A DNA stretch of 64,000 nucleotides from the human T2T-CHM13v2.0 reference genome, Homo sapiens: assembly GCF_009914755.1 (NCBI RefSeq), contig NC_060940.1. The stretch is one strand, 5' to 3'. A program made the translations under genes and the position numbers. Each line of letters opens with the position of its first letter. Position 1 is the stretch's first letter. The notes under the pieces are model-generated. The model was not told the DNA's origin and did not search any database. It worked only from the letters and a program-made list of their open reading frames with translations. Shown here one piece after another: positions 15,888 through 39,370 of the stretch.

Positions 15888-16198
15888 TTTTTTTTTTTTT
15901 TTTTTTTGATTCGGAGTCTCGCTGTCGCCCAGGCTGGAGTGCAGTGGCGCGATCTCGGCTCACTGCAAGCTCCGCCTCCCGGGTTCACGCCATTCGCCAT
16001 TCTCCCGCCTCAGCCTCCAGCTTGGCTGGGACTACAGGAGCCCGCCACCATGCCCGGCTAATTTTTTTGTATTTTTTTTAGTAGAGACGGGGTTTCACCG
16101 TGTTAGCCAGGCTGGTCTCGATCTCCTGACCTCGTGATCCGCCCTCCTCTGCCTCCCAAAGTGCTGGGATTACAGGCGTGAGCCACCACGCCCAGCCG
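15888..16198 (-). mobile_element. AluY-type element
   Basis: gcaagctccgcctcccgggttcacgcc, ttagccagg, tcgatctcc; flanking AAC(C/T)AACAAACACTTTT TSD. Confidence 0.85.
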
Positions 16199-16351
16199 AC
16201 AACTAACAAACACTTTTAAAAATACTTATCTAAAAAGCACAAGAGAGGCTGGGTGCGGTGGCTCATGCCTATAATCCCACCACTTTGGGAGGCTGAGGTG
16301 GGCGGATCACCTGAGGTCAGGAGTTCGAGACCAGCCTGGCCAGCATGGTCA

Positions 16352-16557
<206 letters not shown>

Positions 16558-16602
16558 TCACTAATATTAAGATAACACAATATTATTCCTGTCCACACCA
16601 AG

Positions 16603-16674
16603 AATATACCTTGTATATTATTGTTACTTCGATAATATACCTTGTATATTATTGTTACTTCGATAATATACCTT
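16603..16674. repeat. Perfect 31-bp tandem duplication (2.3 copies)
   Basis: AATATACCTTGTATATTATTGTTACTTCGAT repeated at 16603 and 16634. Confidence 0.9.
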
Positions 16675-17216
16675 TGCCTACTACCTACCTAAATCCTTTT
16701 GTTATTTTAGTTATTTTAGAGAGACAGGGTCTCACTCTGTCTCTCACGCTGGGGTGCAGTGGCCTGATCATAGTTCACTGCAGCCTTGAACTCTCCAACT
16801 CAAGCGATCCTTCCGCCTCACCCTCCTGAGTAGCTGGGACTACAGGCCAGCGCCACCACACCAGCTCGTTTTATTTTTATTTCACAGAGATGCGGTCTCG
16901 CTAGGCTGCCCAGGCTAGTCTCAAATTCTTCGGGCTCACGCGATCCTCCCACCTCGGTCTCTTAAAGCGCTGGGATTACAGGTGTGAGTCACCGCCCGCA
17001 GCCGCACCTGCCTAAATCCCTTAATGTATAAGGGAAAGGAGCGAGAATTCAGGGGAAAAAAAACAAACAAAATAGCCCCCAGCACTTCTGAGAAAGATCT
17101 GCCATACAGAAAAGCCGTCCTGAGCGGGTCTGTGTGGAGGGAGGGGACTGCATCTCAGATCCACAGTCCACCGGCGGCTGCAACAATTCCACCCAGGGCT
17201 GCAGCACGCTGGTTCT

Positions 17217-18287
<1,071 letters not shown>

Positions 18288-18438
18288 TCAGGGAGTAACT
18301 GTACGGGAGGCTTTGCCGCACTTGGCGCAGCTGTGGGGCCTCTGCCGCACTCAGGCTTCCCGTGGCCACGAGCTCACAGTCTGGGAGCAGCACCCGGCCC
18401 CAGGCCTCGGGGGCTGTCTGGAGAGTTCTCTAATGTAA

Positions 18439-18870
<432 letters not shown>

Positions 18871-19053
18871 TAGGCCCAGCATTTTTTTTTTTTTTTTTGG
18901 TAGAAGCTGGTTTTTATCATGTTGCCCAAGCTGCTCTCAAACTCCTGGGCTCAAGCGGTTGGCCCACCTGGGCCACCCAAAGTGCTGGGATTGCAAGCAT
19001 GAGCTACCATGCCCGGCCTCCTATAATCAATGTTTTTTTTTTTTTTTTTTTGA

Positions 19054-19275
<222 letters not shown>

Positions 19276-20289
19276 TGATCCACCCACCTTAGCCTCCCAA
19301 AGTGCTGGGATTACAGGTGTGAGCCACTGCACATGGCCAATCAATGCTTCTTAATAGTAAGATTTATTTTAAAATTTGGATTGGGGTTATAAGACTTTCA
19401 GTAGTCTTGGATATTACCATCTTTATCCTGAATGAAAGTGTAGCAAGAGGCTGGGCGCAGTGGCTCATGCCTATAATCCTAGCACTTTGGGAGGCTGAGG
19501 CCAGAGGATCCTTGAGCCCAGGAGACTAACCTGGGCAACAAAGCAAGACCCTGTCTGTATTAAAATTACAAAAGCGTGGTAAGGATCATTTCCTCATTAA
19601 CCTTGAACATCCAAACACAAACCATCAAAAAGAATCAACTTCAGAAAGACATTATTGCTTTATTGGTTAAGGTGATTAAAAGAAGGGGGCCCCTCAGGCC
19701 ACAAAGATAATTAACTGATTGTCACAAACCATATTGAAACTCTTTTTTAAAAAGGGTATAGATAACTTTTAATTTACAATTTTAACAATCAAAGTAGCCA
19801 AGAGTAGAGTTTGCAATAGGACTAGAAAGTATTCCAGTGGCTCATATATAAGTGGGCTAATTTTATCTATTTTTAGGCCTATTAGGCCTGTCAGTCTGGA
19901 TTTTCCATTACTTGGAAATGGGGACTGGGGAACAGATGCTTCTGGCCACTCTGAGCCCTGGCTTGATCCTTGGGTCTCATCTCTCTCTCTCTCCCCGTTT
20001 GTGCTTCACCTCTCAGCGGATACTTGGCTCTTATCTCAGGACCTGACCTCCCACTGAGCTCCAAGCCTGCAAAGCATGCTGCCACCCAGGTATTTCCCCC
20101 TTAACATCCTGCCATCACTTCAAATTTAATACCCCTATGCCAAAAAATCACTGACTCCTAATTTCACTTTTGTTGGTGGCACCAGTTTTATTCTCTTGGA
20201 CACCTAAGCTCAAAAACAGTGGAACTTCTTTTGACTCATCGCTCTCCTTCCTTCCCTAGAAGTGAGCTACCATTTAAAAGTGATGTGCT

Positions 20290-20575
20290 CATTCTCAGCA
20301 AACTATCCCAAGGACAAAAAAATAAACACCGCATGTTCCCACTCATAGGTGGGAATTGAACAATGAGAACACATGGACACAGGAAGGGGGACATCACACA
20401 CCGGGGCCTGTTGTGGGGTGGGGGGAGGGGGGAGGGATAGCATTAGCAGATATACCTAATGTAAATGACGAGTTAATGGGTGCAGCACACCAACATGGCA
20501 CATGTATACATATGTAACAAACCTGCACGTTGTGCACATGTACCCTAGAACTTAAAAGTATAATGATACAAAAAA
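20290..20575 (+). mobile_element. 5'-truncated L1PA 3' end with 14-bp TSD AAAAGTGATGTGCT
   Basis: Primate L1 3' UTR with poly-G tract; TSD 20276-20289 / 20573-20586. Confidence 0.9.
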
Positions 20576-20589
20576 AGTGATGTGCTATC

Positions 20590-21305
20590 ATCAGTCACCC
20601 GAGAAATGCAAATTAAAACCACAAGGAGTGCCCTTATGCACCCACTAAAATCGAGCAGACTGAAGGTGCTAACTGTTGCCTGAGGATATGGAGTCTCACA
20701 CATTGCTGGGGAAATATAAAATGGCCTGGGCATTTTGGAAACCAGTTTTGGTTAACAGTAAATTAAATGTACACTTACCACATGACTCAATAATTCTACT
20801 CTTAGGATTTACTCAAGGAAAATAAAAACATATGTCCACACAAAGACTTTTTCACAAATGTGCATATCAGCTTTATTCATAATAGGCATAAGATAGAAAC
20901 ATCCAAATGTCCATCAATGGGTGGAAGAATAAAGTGTGGTTTACCCATGTAACAGAATACTAGCAACAAAGAGGAACTGCTGTTACCTGCAAGCAATGGA
21001 TGAATCTCAAAATTATGTTAAACCAGAGAAGCCAGACACAAGAGAATACATACTATATGATTCAATTTCTGTGAAATTCCATTTCTACAAAAAGCAAAAC
21101 TTACTCATAGGGGCAGAAAGTAGACCAGTGGTTCTCTGGGGCTGGGTCAGGGAGAGAGCAGCTGACTGCACGGGGCATGAGAGGGTGACGGCAAAGTTCT
21201 GCACCCTGAATGTGATGATGGTTATGCCCGTGTACACATTCACCAAAAACCAGCAACCTGTACACTTAAAGTGGGTGTGTTTTATATATAACTTATACTT
21301 CAGTA
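20590..21305 (+). mobile_element. Old L1M 3' fragment
   Basis: gaaatgcaaattaaaaccac, cagctttattcataat, aaatgtccatcaat, tatactatatgattc motifs. Confidence 0.7.
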
Positions 21306-22900
21306 AGTGTCAGCACAGATAGGCTAAGCCTCTTCTGAGATGTAACACAGGTAGACAGGAGTATCAGTGCTGACTGGCCAACTATCTTTAAAATATTTTA
21401 TTAAGCTATAAATAATACGGAGTTGAAATAGCCAGGACTTACAGTGTACTTACTACATGCCAGGTACTATTCTAAGAGTTTCCACATATTGGTTAGACCT
21501 CACAACAACTCTCCAAGATACTAACGATTACCCCATTTTATAGATGAAGAAACTGAGGCATAGAAAGTTTAAGTAATTTAGAAAAGCCATATATACGGTA
21601 AAAAAATTTTTGGCTCCAGGGAGCTTCCTCTGAACTACTATGCCACAATACTTCTCATTAGGACAATTTTGAAATAGACACACTCCTTCCTCCATAATTT
21701 CATCTCCTCTACAAAAAATATTTTCACGTTTGCATATTTTATTCAGGCTTTGCCAACATGCATATGCATTTTAACTACTCCATAATCATAATTTAGACAC
21801 AGAGCAAGAGGAAGCCATTCCAAGCAACAGACGAGTCTAATTTTGCTCTCTGAAAAATAAGCATTTTTTTAACTTATGAACATTTCTCATTCATTCACAT
21901 TCTTTCATAATGATCTATTTTAATGGCTTTGTTTGAAATACCATATTATATTGTATTCATTTCCTTTATTATTGGAATAGATCATTAGTAGAGATAATGC
22001 TGTAATGAGCATCTTCATGGAATGCACAGAGCTTATTTTTTTTCCATGTGGAATCTTTTATGTAGGAATCATTCCCAGGAGCGCAGCTGCTGCCCCATAT
22101 AAGAAAGGGCCTCTGGCCTCGATAAAGCAGCAGCTCTTATACCAGTATGAATGAGCTACTGTCCAATTTGCTAGTGCCTGAGACTGGTCCAGACTCCAGC
22201 CCATTCATGGTCTTGAGGGCCCTAGGAAGACCACAGCAATTCCCGCAGCTCTCCTTTGGGAGTCAGGGGGACCTGTTACCGAAATCAGTCCTTGTGCCAA
22301 TTAAAAGTACCACAGGCTGCCAGAAATTTCCATCTAGTTTTCTACTATCACTCAACATTCTTCCTGTGACTATAACTCCTCTCTTACATTCCCTGTCATC
22401 AGCCTTGCCCAGGCTTTCCTAATCTCTTCCCTAGATGAGTGTGTTTTCCAGTTGGCCTTTTGTGATTTGATTCCCCTCTCTTCCAATGGATGATCTGACA
22501 CAAGGGCTGTCAAGCATGCTTGTTACTGTAGGGCAGTGCTTACTGTTTTCACAGCATGGAACCCACAGAAAATGTTACAATATGAGTAACTCACAGGGAT
22601 AAAGGGTTGAGATTGCTCCCTACTGAAGGTGCCCGGCCCAGTGCTTCGGGCCACCCTAGGCCCTACCTACCTTCCTCAGGGGTTAAAGCAGTGGTTCTCA
22701 GTGCTAGCTGCACATTAGGATTACCTGGGAGCTTTCAAAATTATTTTGCCTGTGCTGCACCCAGGAGTAACAACATACAGCCAAGGTTAAGAACCTTTTT
22801 AGCTAAATGGTTATCTGTTTATCCTCAGTTACCGCCACAGCTTATCCTTCTACTACAGTGCCTCCTGAGTAATGGGCACACCGTACAGTATTATTATTGA

Positions 22901-23080
<180 letters not shown>

Positions 23081-23399
23081 TAGTGTAGACAGGATCTCAT
23101 TGTTGCCTACGCTACTCTCCAACTCTTGGGCTCAAGCGATCCTCCCGCCTTGGCTTCCCGAAGTGCTGGGATTACAGACGTGAGCCGCAGCGCCCGGCAG
23201 AATACAGAAGTAATAAACTAAGGTCAAGGCCATGTACTGAGGTGTTCAAGGCTCTGAACTGCTGGACTCAATGTCACAAGATAAATTTTAACCTCACCAA
23301 ACCCTCTCAGCTTAAGAGTATCTGCTAAGTTCTGAGAAAGCAAACGGGGCGTGTGAAAAGATGGGTGTTCATGCCTGTGTGTATGTGGGGTCGGTGATG

Positions 23400-24700
<1,301 letters not shown>

Positions 24701-25064
24701 GGGTAGGGCGAGTGAGGCACTGGCTTCTGGCACAGAATTTAAGGAGACACCCCAAAATTTAGTAATCAGGATACACAGACTGAGCGCAGTGGCTCACGCC
24801 TGTAATCCCAACACTTTGGGAGGCCAAGGCGGGAGGACTGCTTGAGGCCAGGAGTTAGGGATCAGCCTGGGCAACAAAGCGAGACCCCCATCTCTACAAA
24901 AAAAAATTAAAATTTAGCCGGACTTGGTGGTGGGCGCCTGTGGTCCCAGCTACTCAGGATGCTTAAGTGGGAGGATCACTTGAGCCCAGGAGGTTGAAGG
25001 TGCAGTGAGCTATGGTGACACCTCTGCACTCCAGCCTGGACAACAGAGCAAGACCATGTCTCTT

Positions 25065-25095
<31 letters not shown>

Positions 25096-25781
25096 ACGCG
25101 GTGGCTCACGCCTGTAATCCCAGCACTTTGGGAGGGCAAGGGTAGTGGATCAGTTGAGGTCAGGAGTTCGAGACCAGCCTGGCCAACATGGTGAAACTAA
25201 AAATACAAAAATTATTCTACTAAAAATACAAAAATTAGCCGGGTATGGTGGTGCACACCTGTAATCCCAGCTACTTAGGAGACTGAGGCAGGAGAATCGC
25301 TTGAACCCAGGAGGCAGAGGTTGCAGTGTTGCAGAGGTTGCAGATCATGCCACTGCACTCCAGCCTGGGTGAAAGAGTGAAACCCTGTCTCAAAACAACA
25401 ACAACAACAACAACAACAACCACCACCACCCAAAGTATATTATATGCACACCCTACTGAGTTTGATTCCTGGTTCCACCAGTTAATAGCTGTGGGAGTTT
25501 GGGCAGTTTGGTGAATCTAATCTCTGTATCTCAATTTCTTCATCTGTAACATGGCAATAATAACAGCACCTACTTACCTCATAAGGTTGCTGGGAAGATT
25601 CAAGGAGATAAGCCAAGTGAAGAGCTTAGCACAATGTCTGGCACATGGTGAGTGTTCAGTGAATGTTAGTCAGTTGGTGGCTATGGCAGCCATCTGCTGA
25701 GATAGTTCCCAGTGATCCTACTCCTGGTGTTCACACCCTTTTTAGTCCCTTCCCACAATGCACCAGGGTTGGTCTATGTGA

Positions 25782-26008
<227 letters not shown>

Positions 26009-26911
26009 TAAATTTTGTATTTTTAATAGAGATGGGGTTTTGCCATGTTGGCCAGGCTGGTCTCGAACTCCTGACCTTAGGTGATCCACCCACCTCAGCC
26101 TCCCAAAGTGCTGGGATTACATGCATGAGCCACCGTACCTGGCAAGAATTACTTATAATTAGGTTATAAAAGTCATGACAGTGAAAACCTCCCAACTTAT
26201 TCTGAGGCCAGTATTACCCTACTATCAAAATCAGACAAAGACATCACAAGAAAACTAGAGACTAATATCTCTTATGAATATAGACATAAAAATCCTCAAG
26301 AAAATACCGGCAAATAAAATTCAGAAATATATAAAAAGGATAACCAGGTGGGATTTATCCCAGGAATGTACGGTTAGCTTAACTTATGAAAATAAATTAA
26401 TACACTACATCAATACAATAAAGGAAAACATTATTATTTCAATTGGTGTAAAAACAGCATTTGACAAAATTCAGCACCCTTCATCATAAAAATACTCAGC
26501 AAACTAGGAATAGAAGGAAACTCAATTAACGTGATAAAGGGCATCTATGAAAAAACCCACTGCCAACATCATACTCAATGGTGAGAGAATAAAAGCTTTT
26601 CCTCTAAGATCAGAAACAAGAAAGGGATGCCCACTTTTGCCACATCTATTCAGCCTTGTACTGGAAGCTCTCACCAGTTCTTGCCTGGAAGCTCTTGCCA
26701 TGAGGCAAGGAAAAATAAAAAGCAAGCAAATCAGAAAGGAAGAAGTAAAACTATCTCCATTTATAGATGAGGTGATTTTATAGAAAATCCTAAAGAATCT
26801 ATGAAAAAAACTTTGTTAGAGCTAATAAACAAATTCTGCAAAGCTGTAACAACAAAATCAATACACAGAAGTCAGTTGTGTTTCTATACTCTTGATATAT
26901 TCTATATTCTG

Positions 26912-27964
<1,053 letters not shown>

Positions 27965-27981
27965 CTCTCAATAAAAAATTA

Positions 27982-28290
<309 letters not shown>

Positions 28291-28689
28291 TTAAAAAAAT
28301 ATATGTATATATACAAGGTAGATATTGAATATCTGCATGCAAAAGAATGAATTTGGATCCCTATATCACAATACATATAAAAGTTAACTCAAATTGAATC
28401 ATAGAACTAAAAGTTAGGACTCTTAGAATCTTTATAACTTTGAATTAAGCAATGCTTTCTTAGATATGACACCAAAAGCACAAGCAACAAAAGAAAAAAA
28501 TACAGAAACTGAACACCATCAAAATTGAAACCTCTTGCGCTTCATATGACATTATTCTTTAATTTTTTTCTTTTTCTTTCCAAATACCCAGACGTCAGGG
28601 AGATTCACAGGACATTATTAAGAAAAAGAGAAGATAAAAAAGAAAAGGAGAAGATAACCCACAGAGCAGGTAAAAATCTTTGCTAATCA

Positions 28690-31400
<2,711 letters not shown>

Positions 31401-31515
31401 AAAAAAAAAAAGATAGGGCCTGTGAGGAGGTGACCTTAAATAAGGTAATCAAGATGAGGGACTTCCAAGAGGAGTGCTGGCAATTAAGAGAGCTGGGGCC
31501 AGGTGGGGTGGCTCA

Positions 31516-31614
<99 letters not shown>

Positions 31615-31783
31615 TTATAAATTCAATTTATTATTATTTTTTTTAAAAAAGGGAGAGAACTGCGAGGAAATAAAAAGAGAAAGGGCCAAGGCCAGGTGCA
31701 CTGGCTCACACCTGTAATCCCAGCACTTTGGGAGGCCGAGGCAGGCGGATCACGAGGTCAGGAGATCGAGACCATCCTGGCTA

Positions 31784-31975
<192 letters not shown>

Positions 31976-32679
31976 CTAGGCGACAGAGCGAGATTCCATC
32001 TCAAAAAAAAAAAAAAAAAAAAAAAAGAGAGAGAGAAAAGGCCAAATATTTCAATTCTAAGGTTTGGAATTTTTTTGTTGTTGTTCTTTTTTATTTTAAG
32101 GGGAAAATGTTGAAGCAATTTAAAAGTGTACTGCAGGAGAATAAATATAGCGATATTGTTACCAAAAAAATCCAAAAACCAAAAACCCAAAACCCAAGAA
32201 CAAAACCTTCCCAAGGTGCTGACAAAGCCCCGAATCTCCAGGCTGCAAACATTCTCCTGGCTGCTCATTTGTGAGGATCCAGTGACCTGTGTCCACTGCT
32301 GGGAAGCGAAGGCATCTGCTGGTGTGGTGCAGCCATGCTGGGGGCATGGCGAGGCCTGTGGATGCAGTTCTCTGCGCTCTGCCCTGTGCTCTCTCTGACG
32401 TCTTCCACATCCCCACCTCTTCACCCTCTCCGGGGCTTTCTTCTCTACCCATCTAGGGACTACAGCCCAGAAAAATGCTACCACACCACACATTGCATTT
32501 AGTTGTCACGACTCTCTAGTCCCCATTATTCCAGAGCATCACCTCAATCATTTCTTGATTCTGATTACCTTAAAACTGTTACACCTGTAGTCCCAGCACT
32601 TTGGGAGACTGAGGTGGGAGGATTGCTTGAGCCCAGGAGTTCAGGACCATCCTGGGCAACGTAGCAAGACCCGTCCCTA

Positions 32680-32844
<165 letters not shown>

Positions 32845-34332
32845 TCAAAAAACCATAAAAAGCTTTTTGTTATTGGGATGGCACTGCTCCAGGGCTTTCC
32901 AGAGCTAGGGAATATATGGACATTTACACACATCTGCGTGCACATACACATATACACACCCATACTAATTTCTATGTCTATCTAAACACTTTCTGAAAAT
33001 CCTGAGTCTACTCCTATACCTCCAGTTCCAATTCGACACCACAAGGGTCTCCCCACCCACATTTTCTCCCTTTCCCGAGCTGTGTCTCGGTTTTCTCTGA
33101 CACTGAGAAACCTGGCTGTTATCTTTCAAATGTGTACTTATTTGACCAATAGCTGGTGGAAGCAGTTTCTTATCTCTCTCGCCATCTCCTTCCCGTGGCT
33201 GATGCCTTCCTAATCCTATCAGGTTCTGCCATGCCAAGCCAGGCCACCTTCTCGTGTGGACACCCTCCCCCACCTGCTGGAGCTCTGATGCATGCTCTGG
33301 CCTGCTGCGTCTCACTCCCCACACCCGGCAGAGGCCTCTTTGGCTCTGCCTGCCCCTAGAGGCTGTAAGACAGCATTGTTCAGGAAAGGGAGGAAAGGGA
33401 ATGGGTGTAGGAAAGGAAGAGCGGATCTCCTTTGAAGAATTATCTTTAAAAAAAATTATTTTTTTAGAGACAGGGTCTCACTCTGTTGCCCAGGCTGGGG
33501 TGCAGTGGCACAATCCTAGCTCACTGCAGTCTCAAATTCCTGGGCTCAAGCGGTCCTCCTGCCTCAGCCTCCTGAATAGCTGGGACTACAGTGAACATCA
33601 CCACACCTGGCTGGTTTTTTAATTTTTTCTAGAGATGGGGTTTGCTATGTTGCCCAGGCTAGTCTCGAACTCCTGGGCTCAAAGCATCCTCTCACCTCAG
33701 CCTCTCAAAGTGCTGGGATTATAGGTGTGAGCCACCGCCTTTTTTTTTTTTTCTGATTTACTATAATATTTCTAGTAAGCCATTGGCTTAGAAACCAGAT
33801 TCACTAATTAATTCATTTACCCTTTCATGATACAAAATTTTTTAACTGAGTGAGGCCTTTCCTGAGAATTGAGCACATGAGCTTTGGTGCATGGACCTGG
33901 AAATCTCTGCTTCTTGAACTCCTAGGGGCTTCCTTTACTTCATTCACTCCTGGTGCTCAGCAAATTTCTGAATGGGGGAGGTTGGCCAGCCTGGGAGAGG
34001 TCACCCACGCCAGGAAGTCTCAGTACCTCTCTATTTATCCTATCACTTGGGAATCCTCTAGGATCTGTTTCAGGGAGTCTCTGGTTAGCCCTGAGACATA
34101 AGTGGTGCGGGTGAGACTCCTGGGGCCTATCTCAGAGGTCCTCACACCCCTAAGATTAAATCAGTCAGGAGGCAGGGTGGAGAGAGGAGTGTCCTATCAG
34201 GTCTGAGGAGGTTGTCAACTTCCTGGACTTCTTGCTAAGGACTCCTCTTCCCACCCTTCATGGGTAGCTGAGGTCAGGGAATCTGTAGGGACAAGACTTT
34301 CTTTTAAATGCTAATCTGCTGACTAACCCTGA

Positions 34333-34626
<294 letters not shown>

Positions 34627-36112
34627 TGATCTGCCCACCTCGGCCTCCCAAAGCGCTGGGAATACAGGCGTGAGCCACCGTACCAAGACATCCCACAGCA
34701 CCAGCCTGTGTGTGTCTCGCCAGGCTCAGAGCTGGGAACCTGGAACCCAGGACTGGGTGAGCTCAGAGACATAACTGTGACTGTACTGGAGTCAGTCTTA
34801 TGCCCAGAGCTAAGCAGAAGCAGGGCCAGCCCAGAGGAGACGATGTTACCGACTCCCACCCCGTCCTGTCTAGCGCTTAGAGTACCTCTGTACTGGCTTG
34901 CTTCCTACAGTTGCTCTGGGAGGAATGTGTGCCAGAGACCCTGACCTCTGACCCAGGCATGCAAGGGTCTGCCTTGCCTAGTTGAGCCTGTGCACTCTGT
35001 CTCTGCCTCCCTTCAGATAGGGAAAGGAGCTTCAAATTACGGGGTGATGTCATAGCACGGAGTGGAGATGGGGTGGCAGGGAGACAGGGAGGCTCAGGGA
35101 AGGAGGCCAGGTATTTCACAGAGGAGTTCTGGGGGAGAAGAAGGAAAACGGCAGAGAAGGGAACAGGAAGGGGTGAAGGAAAGGGGAAAAGTGCCTTCAC
35201 TGCATGGAAAGGTCCTTCTCACCCACAGTGGGGTGGGATGGAGACTGTAACCTCAAGTACTTTTCTGCAGGGGACAGGCAAGTAACACATATGAAACGTG
35301 CTGAGTCAGGGATGCAGGAGGGAGTGTCCCTGTTCCTATGTCCAGGACAGCCACTACTCAACGAACTGCTGCCATAAAAATCCAATGTTGCAGCATCTTC
35401 TGATATAAATAATAAAGCAGGCCGGGTGTGGTGACTGACGCCTGTAATCCTACCACTTTCGGAAGCCGAGGTGGGTGGGGGAGGGAAGGGCCGGGGCAGG
35501 GGATCTTTTCTTTTTTTTTTTGAAACGGAGTCTTGCTCTGTCACCCAGGCTGGATTGCAGTGACAGGATCTCCGCCCACTGCAAGCTCTGCCTCCTGGGT
35601 TCATGCCATTCTCTTGCCTCAGCCTCTTGAGTAGCTGGAACTATAGGCGCCTGCCACCATTTCCAGCTAATTTTTTGTATTTTTAGTAGAGACAGGATTT
35701 CACCTTGTTAGCCAGGAAGGTCTCGATCTCCTGACCTCGTGATCCGCCCACCTAGGCCTCCCAAAGTGCTGGGATTACAGGCGTGAGCCACCGTGCCCGG
35801 CCAGGAGGGGATCATTTGAGCCTAGGAGTTCAAGACCAGTCTGCAACCTGGCAAGATCCTGTCTCAATTAAAAAAAAAAAAAAACAAAAAAAACAACAAC
35901 AAACCAAGCCCCAGAAATCGACTGTGATGTGAAATCTCCTTATTTAAATGTTGGCTCTTTAAAAAAATAAAAAGACCAGGTTAGGTGGCTCACATCTGTA
36001 ATCCCAGCATTTTGGGAGGCTGAGACCAGAGGAACACTTGAACTCAGGAGTTCAAGACCAGCCTGGGCAACACAGTGAGACCCCGTCTCTACAAAACATT
36101 TTTTAAAAATCA

Positions 36113-36406
<294 letters not shown>

Positions 36407-36432
36407 TCAAAAAGTAAAAATCTTGGCTTGTT

Positions 36433-36436
<4 letters not shown>

Positions 36437-36470
<34 letters not shown>
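36437..36470. repeat. (CA)n microsatellite
   Basis: About 17 AC units. Confidence 0.95.
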
Positions 36471-36471
<1 letters not shown>

Positions 36472-37757
36472 CCAAAACAAATGTGTTTCCCATCTCGGGC
36501 TTGGGCACTGGGTCACAAGCTTGGACAGTGAAGCTACTTCTAAACCCAGCACAGGGTACAGTGGATGCAGGACATGGGATAAACTCCTGTTAGATTAAGC
36601 CCGTCCCTCTGCTTCTGAGGTCTGGCCTGCCTCGCTGTTCTGGTCAGAACCTGTTTTATGCAATTGGAGAGGAGAGGGGTCCCAGGAGTATTAGCCCTAA
36701 TGTGAGAAATTAGATTACAGGTCTCTGAAAGGGATTCTGCAAACCAATCCTCCTTCCAAGCCTACTCTACCCATACCTAATATTCTTAAGCAGTTATGAA
36801 TTTTGCAGAGGTCTACAACACTTGACACTCACTCAAGGCAACTGTGAGGAAACTGAGGCTTAAAGGCCACTAGTAAGCAGTGTAAAAAGGACCTGATCAT
36901 GACAATTATTCTTTGAGTGCCTACCATGCATGTGCTGGGCTCAGGCCCTTCACTCAAACCCTGGCTCGTACTCTCTGAAGGGTCCTGGGTGAGGAAGATG
37001 TCAAGAACCCCATACCTCATCACTGACTCCCTGCCGGGGGCATGTGCTGCTCCCAGCCTGAGATGAGTGCTGTTCATTACACGTCATCTCCATGAAGCCT
37101 CCCGCATTTGCTCCAGGAAAGGCCCGTTCGCCACCCTGGCGTCATTCACTCTGTGTTGCTGATATTGAGTCTGTTTCCTTCAAGGGGAAACAGGCTACCC
37201 AAGGACTGGGGCTGCTGCCTTCATTTCTGTAACCTCCGGGGGGAGCTCTTGTGTGAGCCGCATGATGGATGCTTGCTAACAGCTCTAGGCAGGAGGCAGA
37301 GGGAAACTGAGGTCTGCCGAGTCATCCCTGGCCCAGGTACTTCATGCGTGTGCAGTGTTGCTGTGGAATCTTTACCACAACCTCCCATCCCTGTTTTACA
37401 GATGAAGAAACAGGCTCAGAAGAGGCAGACGTGTCTAAGATCACACAAGCCTTGACACCATGAGCTAGAAGCTGAGGGTGAGGTCACTTCACATCCCTTC
37501 CCTTTAGCTTCTACTCTATGTGGGTAGCGTCCTCGACACAGAAAGCCTGATAAAAGATGGCAAAATTACCGGGCGTGGTGGCTCATGCCTGTAATCCTAG
37601 CACTTTGGGGGGCTGAGGCGGATGGATCACTTGAGGTCAGGAGTTCGAGACCAGCCTGACCAACTAGAGGCTGGTCTTTAGTAGAGGGTTGGTGAAACCC
37701 TCTACTAAAAATACAAACACTGGCTGGCATCGTGGCGCAAGCCTGTGGTCCCAGCTA

Positions 37758-37865
<108 letters not shown>

Positions 37866-37866
37866 T

Positions 37867-37900
<34 letters not shown>

Positions 37901-38981
37901 TGGTAAAATTTGGGGGCAGCAGACCAGATGCCTGGACTGATGGTAGGACTGTCCCACAAGGGGTGGACATTAGGTCCTTGAAACAGACAACTCCCTCCCC
38001 CAGCAGGGAAGGGAAGGGCCTCAGAGCTTGGTGTCTACTCTGAGCACAGGCAGGTGCTTTGGGAAGCCTACCCCTGGCTCTCACATACACAAAGTTATGC
38101 CAGTAGAAATATATGTTTGGGCAATGCCCAGGCAAAAGGGCCATGTTCAGTCCCCAATGTCCAGGCACAAAGGACTCTTCGCCACTCTTCCCTCTCTTGA
38201 CAGACTGGCAGAAAAGGAGCCTGGGGAACTTGGAAGGGAAGGGGATAAGGCAGGGGAAGGGGCAGATGACAAACCCTGGGCCTCTTGCCCCTGCCCAGAA
38301 ATGCAACAAAGCAACCCCTGAACTCAACATACAGGTCTGTTCTGGGGCCCCCACCACCCTAGCATCATCCATAATGATAGTTCTCACGTGCTGAGAGGAC
38401 TTTTGAAGGGCTCACACACCCAGGGCTCACACAATGGTCCCAAGTTCAAATTCTCTGGCCCATCTGCCAGAACACAGGATCCCTCATGGTTCCCTCTGGA
38501 GGTTAGGAATGCCCCGCCTGCGCGCTGCCATGGAACTCCTCACAGGGGCTTGCCTGATTTCTGGTCCCATTCCTCTGGGAAGAGGTAGCTGTTGTTCTAG
38601 GTGTGATTAACCCCATCACTCCCTAGGCCTGTGAAGGGACTGTGTCAGCTACTGCCAGATCTGCAGGCAGCTGGGTCCACGCTGGATAGCTCCCGCCATT
38701 CCAAAACTCTCCCTTCAGCTGGTCGACGTTCTGTCTTTGTAACTTCAAAGAACAAACCTAAGCCCTCTCAGCTGACTGGGCTCTTTGAAGGCAGTGATCA
38801 CAGATCTAGTGTTCTGATTCTTCCAGACTGGGGCTCCTTTGTTAAAAACAATTTTTAAATTTGTTATTTTTTTGAGACACTCTCTGTCGCCCAGGCTGGA
38901 GTGCAGTGGCACGATCTTCGCTCACTGCAGCCTCCGCCTCCCGGGGTTCAAGTGAGTCTCCTGCCTCAGCCTCCCGAGTAG

Positions 38982-39224
<243 letters not shown>

Positions 39225-39370
39225 TAGCTCTAAAATCAACAGCCCTAAGGGAGCAGAAGGGGGTCTGCTTAGAGATCCTGGTTCCTTCCATTTCCTTGAA
39301 GTCCGAACCAAAGTCAGAGCTGAAGTTTCAGCTAAAATTGAAGCCAGGGCTATTTGCAGAGGCTGCCGCC

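Noticed and set aside
19880-19935. Minus-strand ccccag|TCCCCATTTCCAAG resembling a KRAB-B start (VPISK)
   Set aside because: Immediately followed by a stop with no further similarity; too short to support
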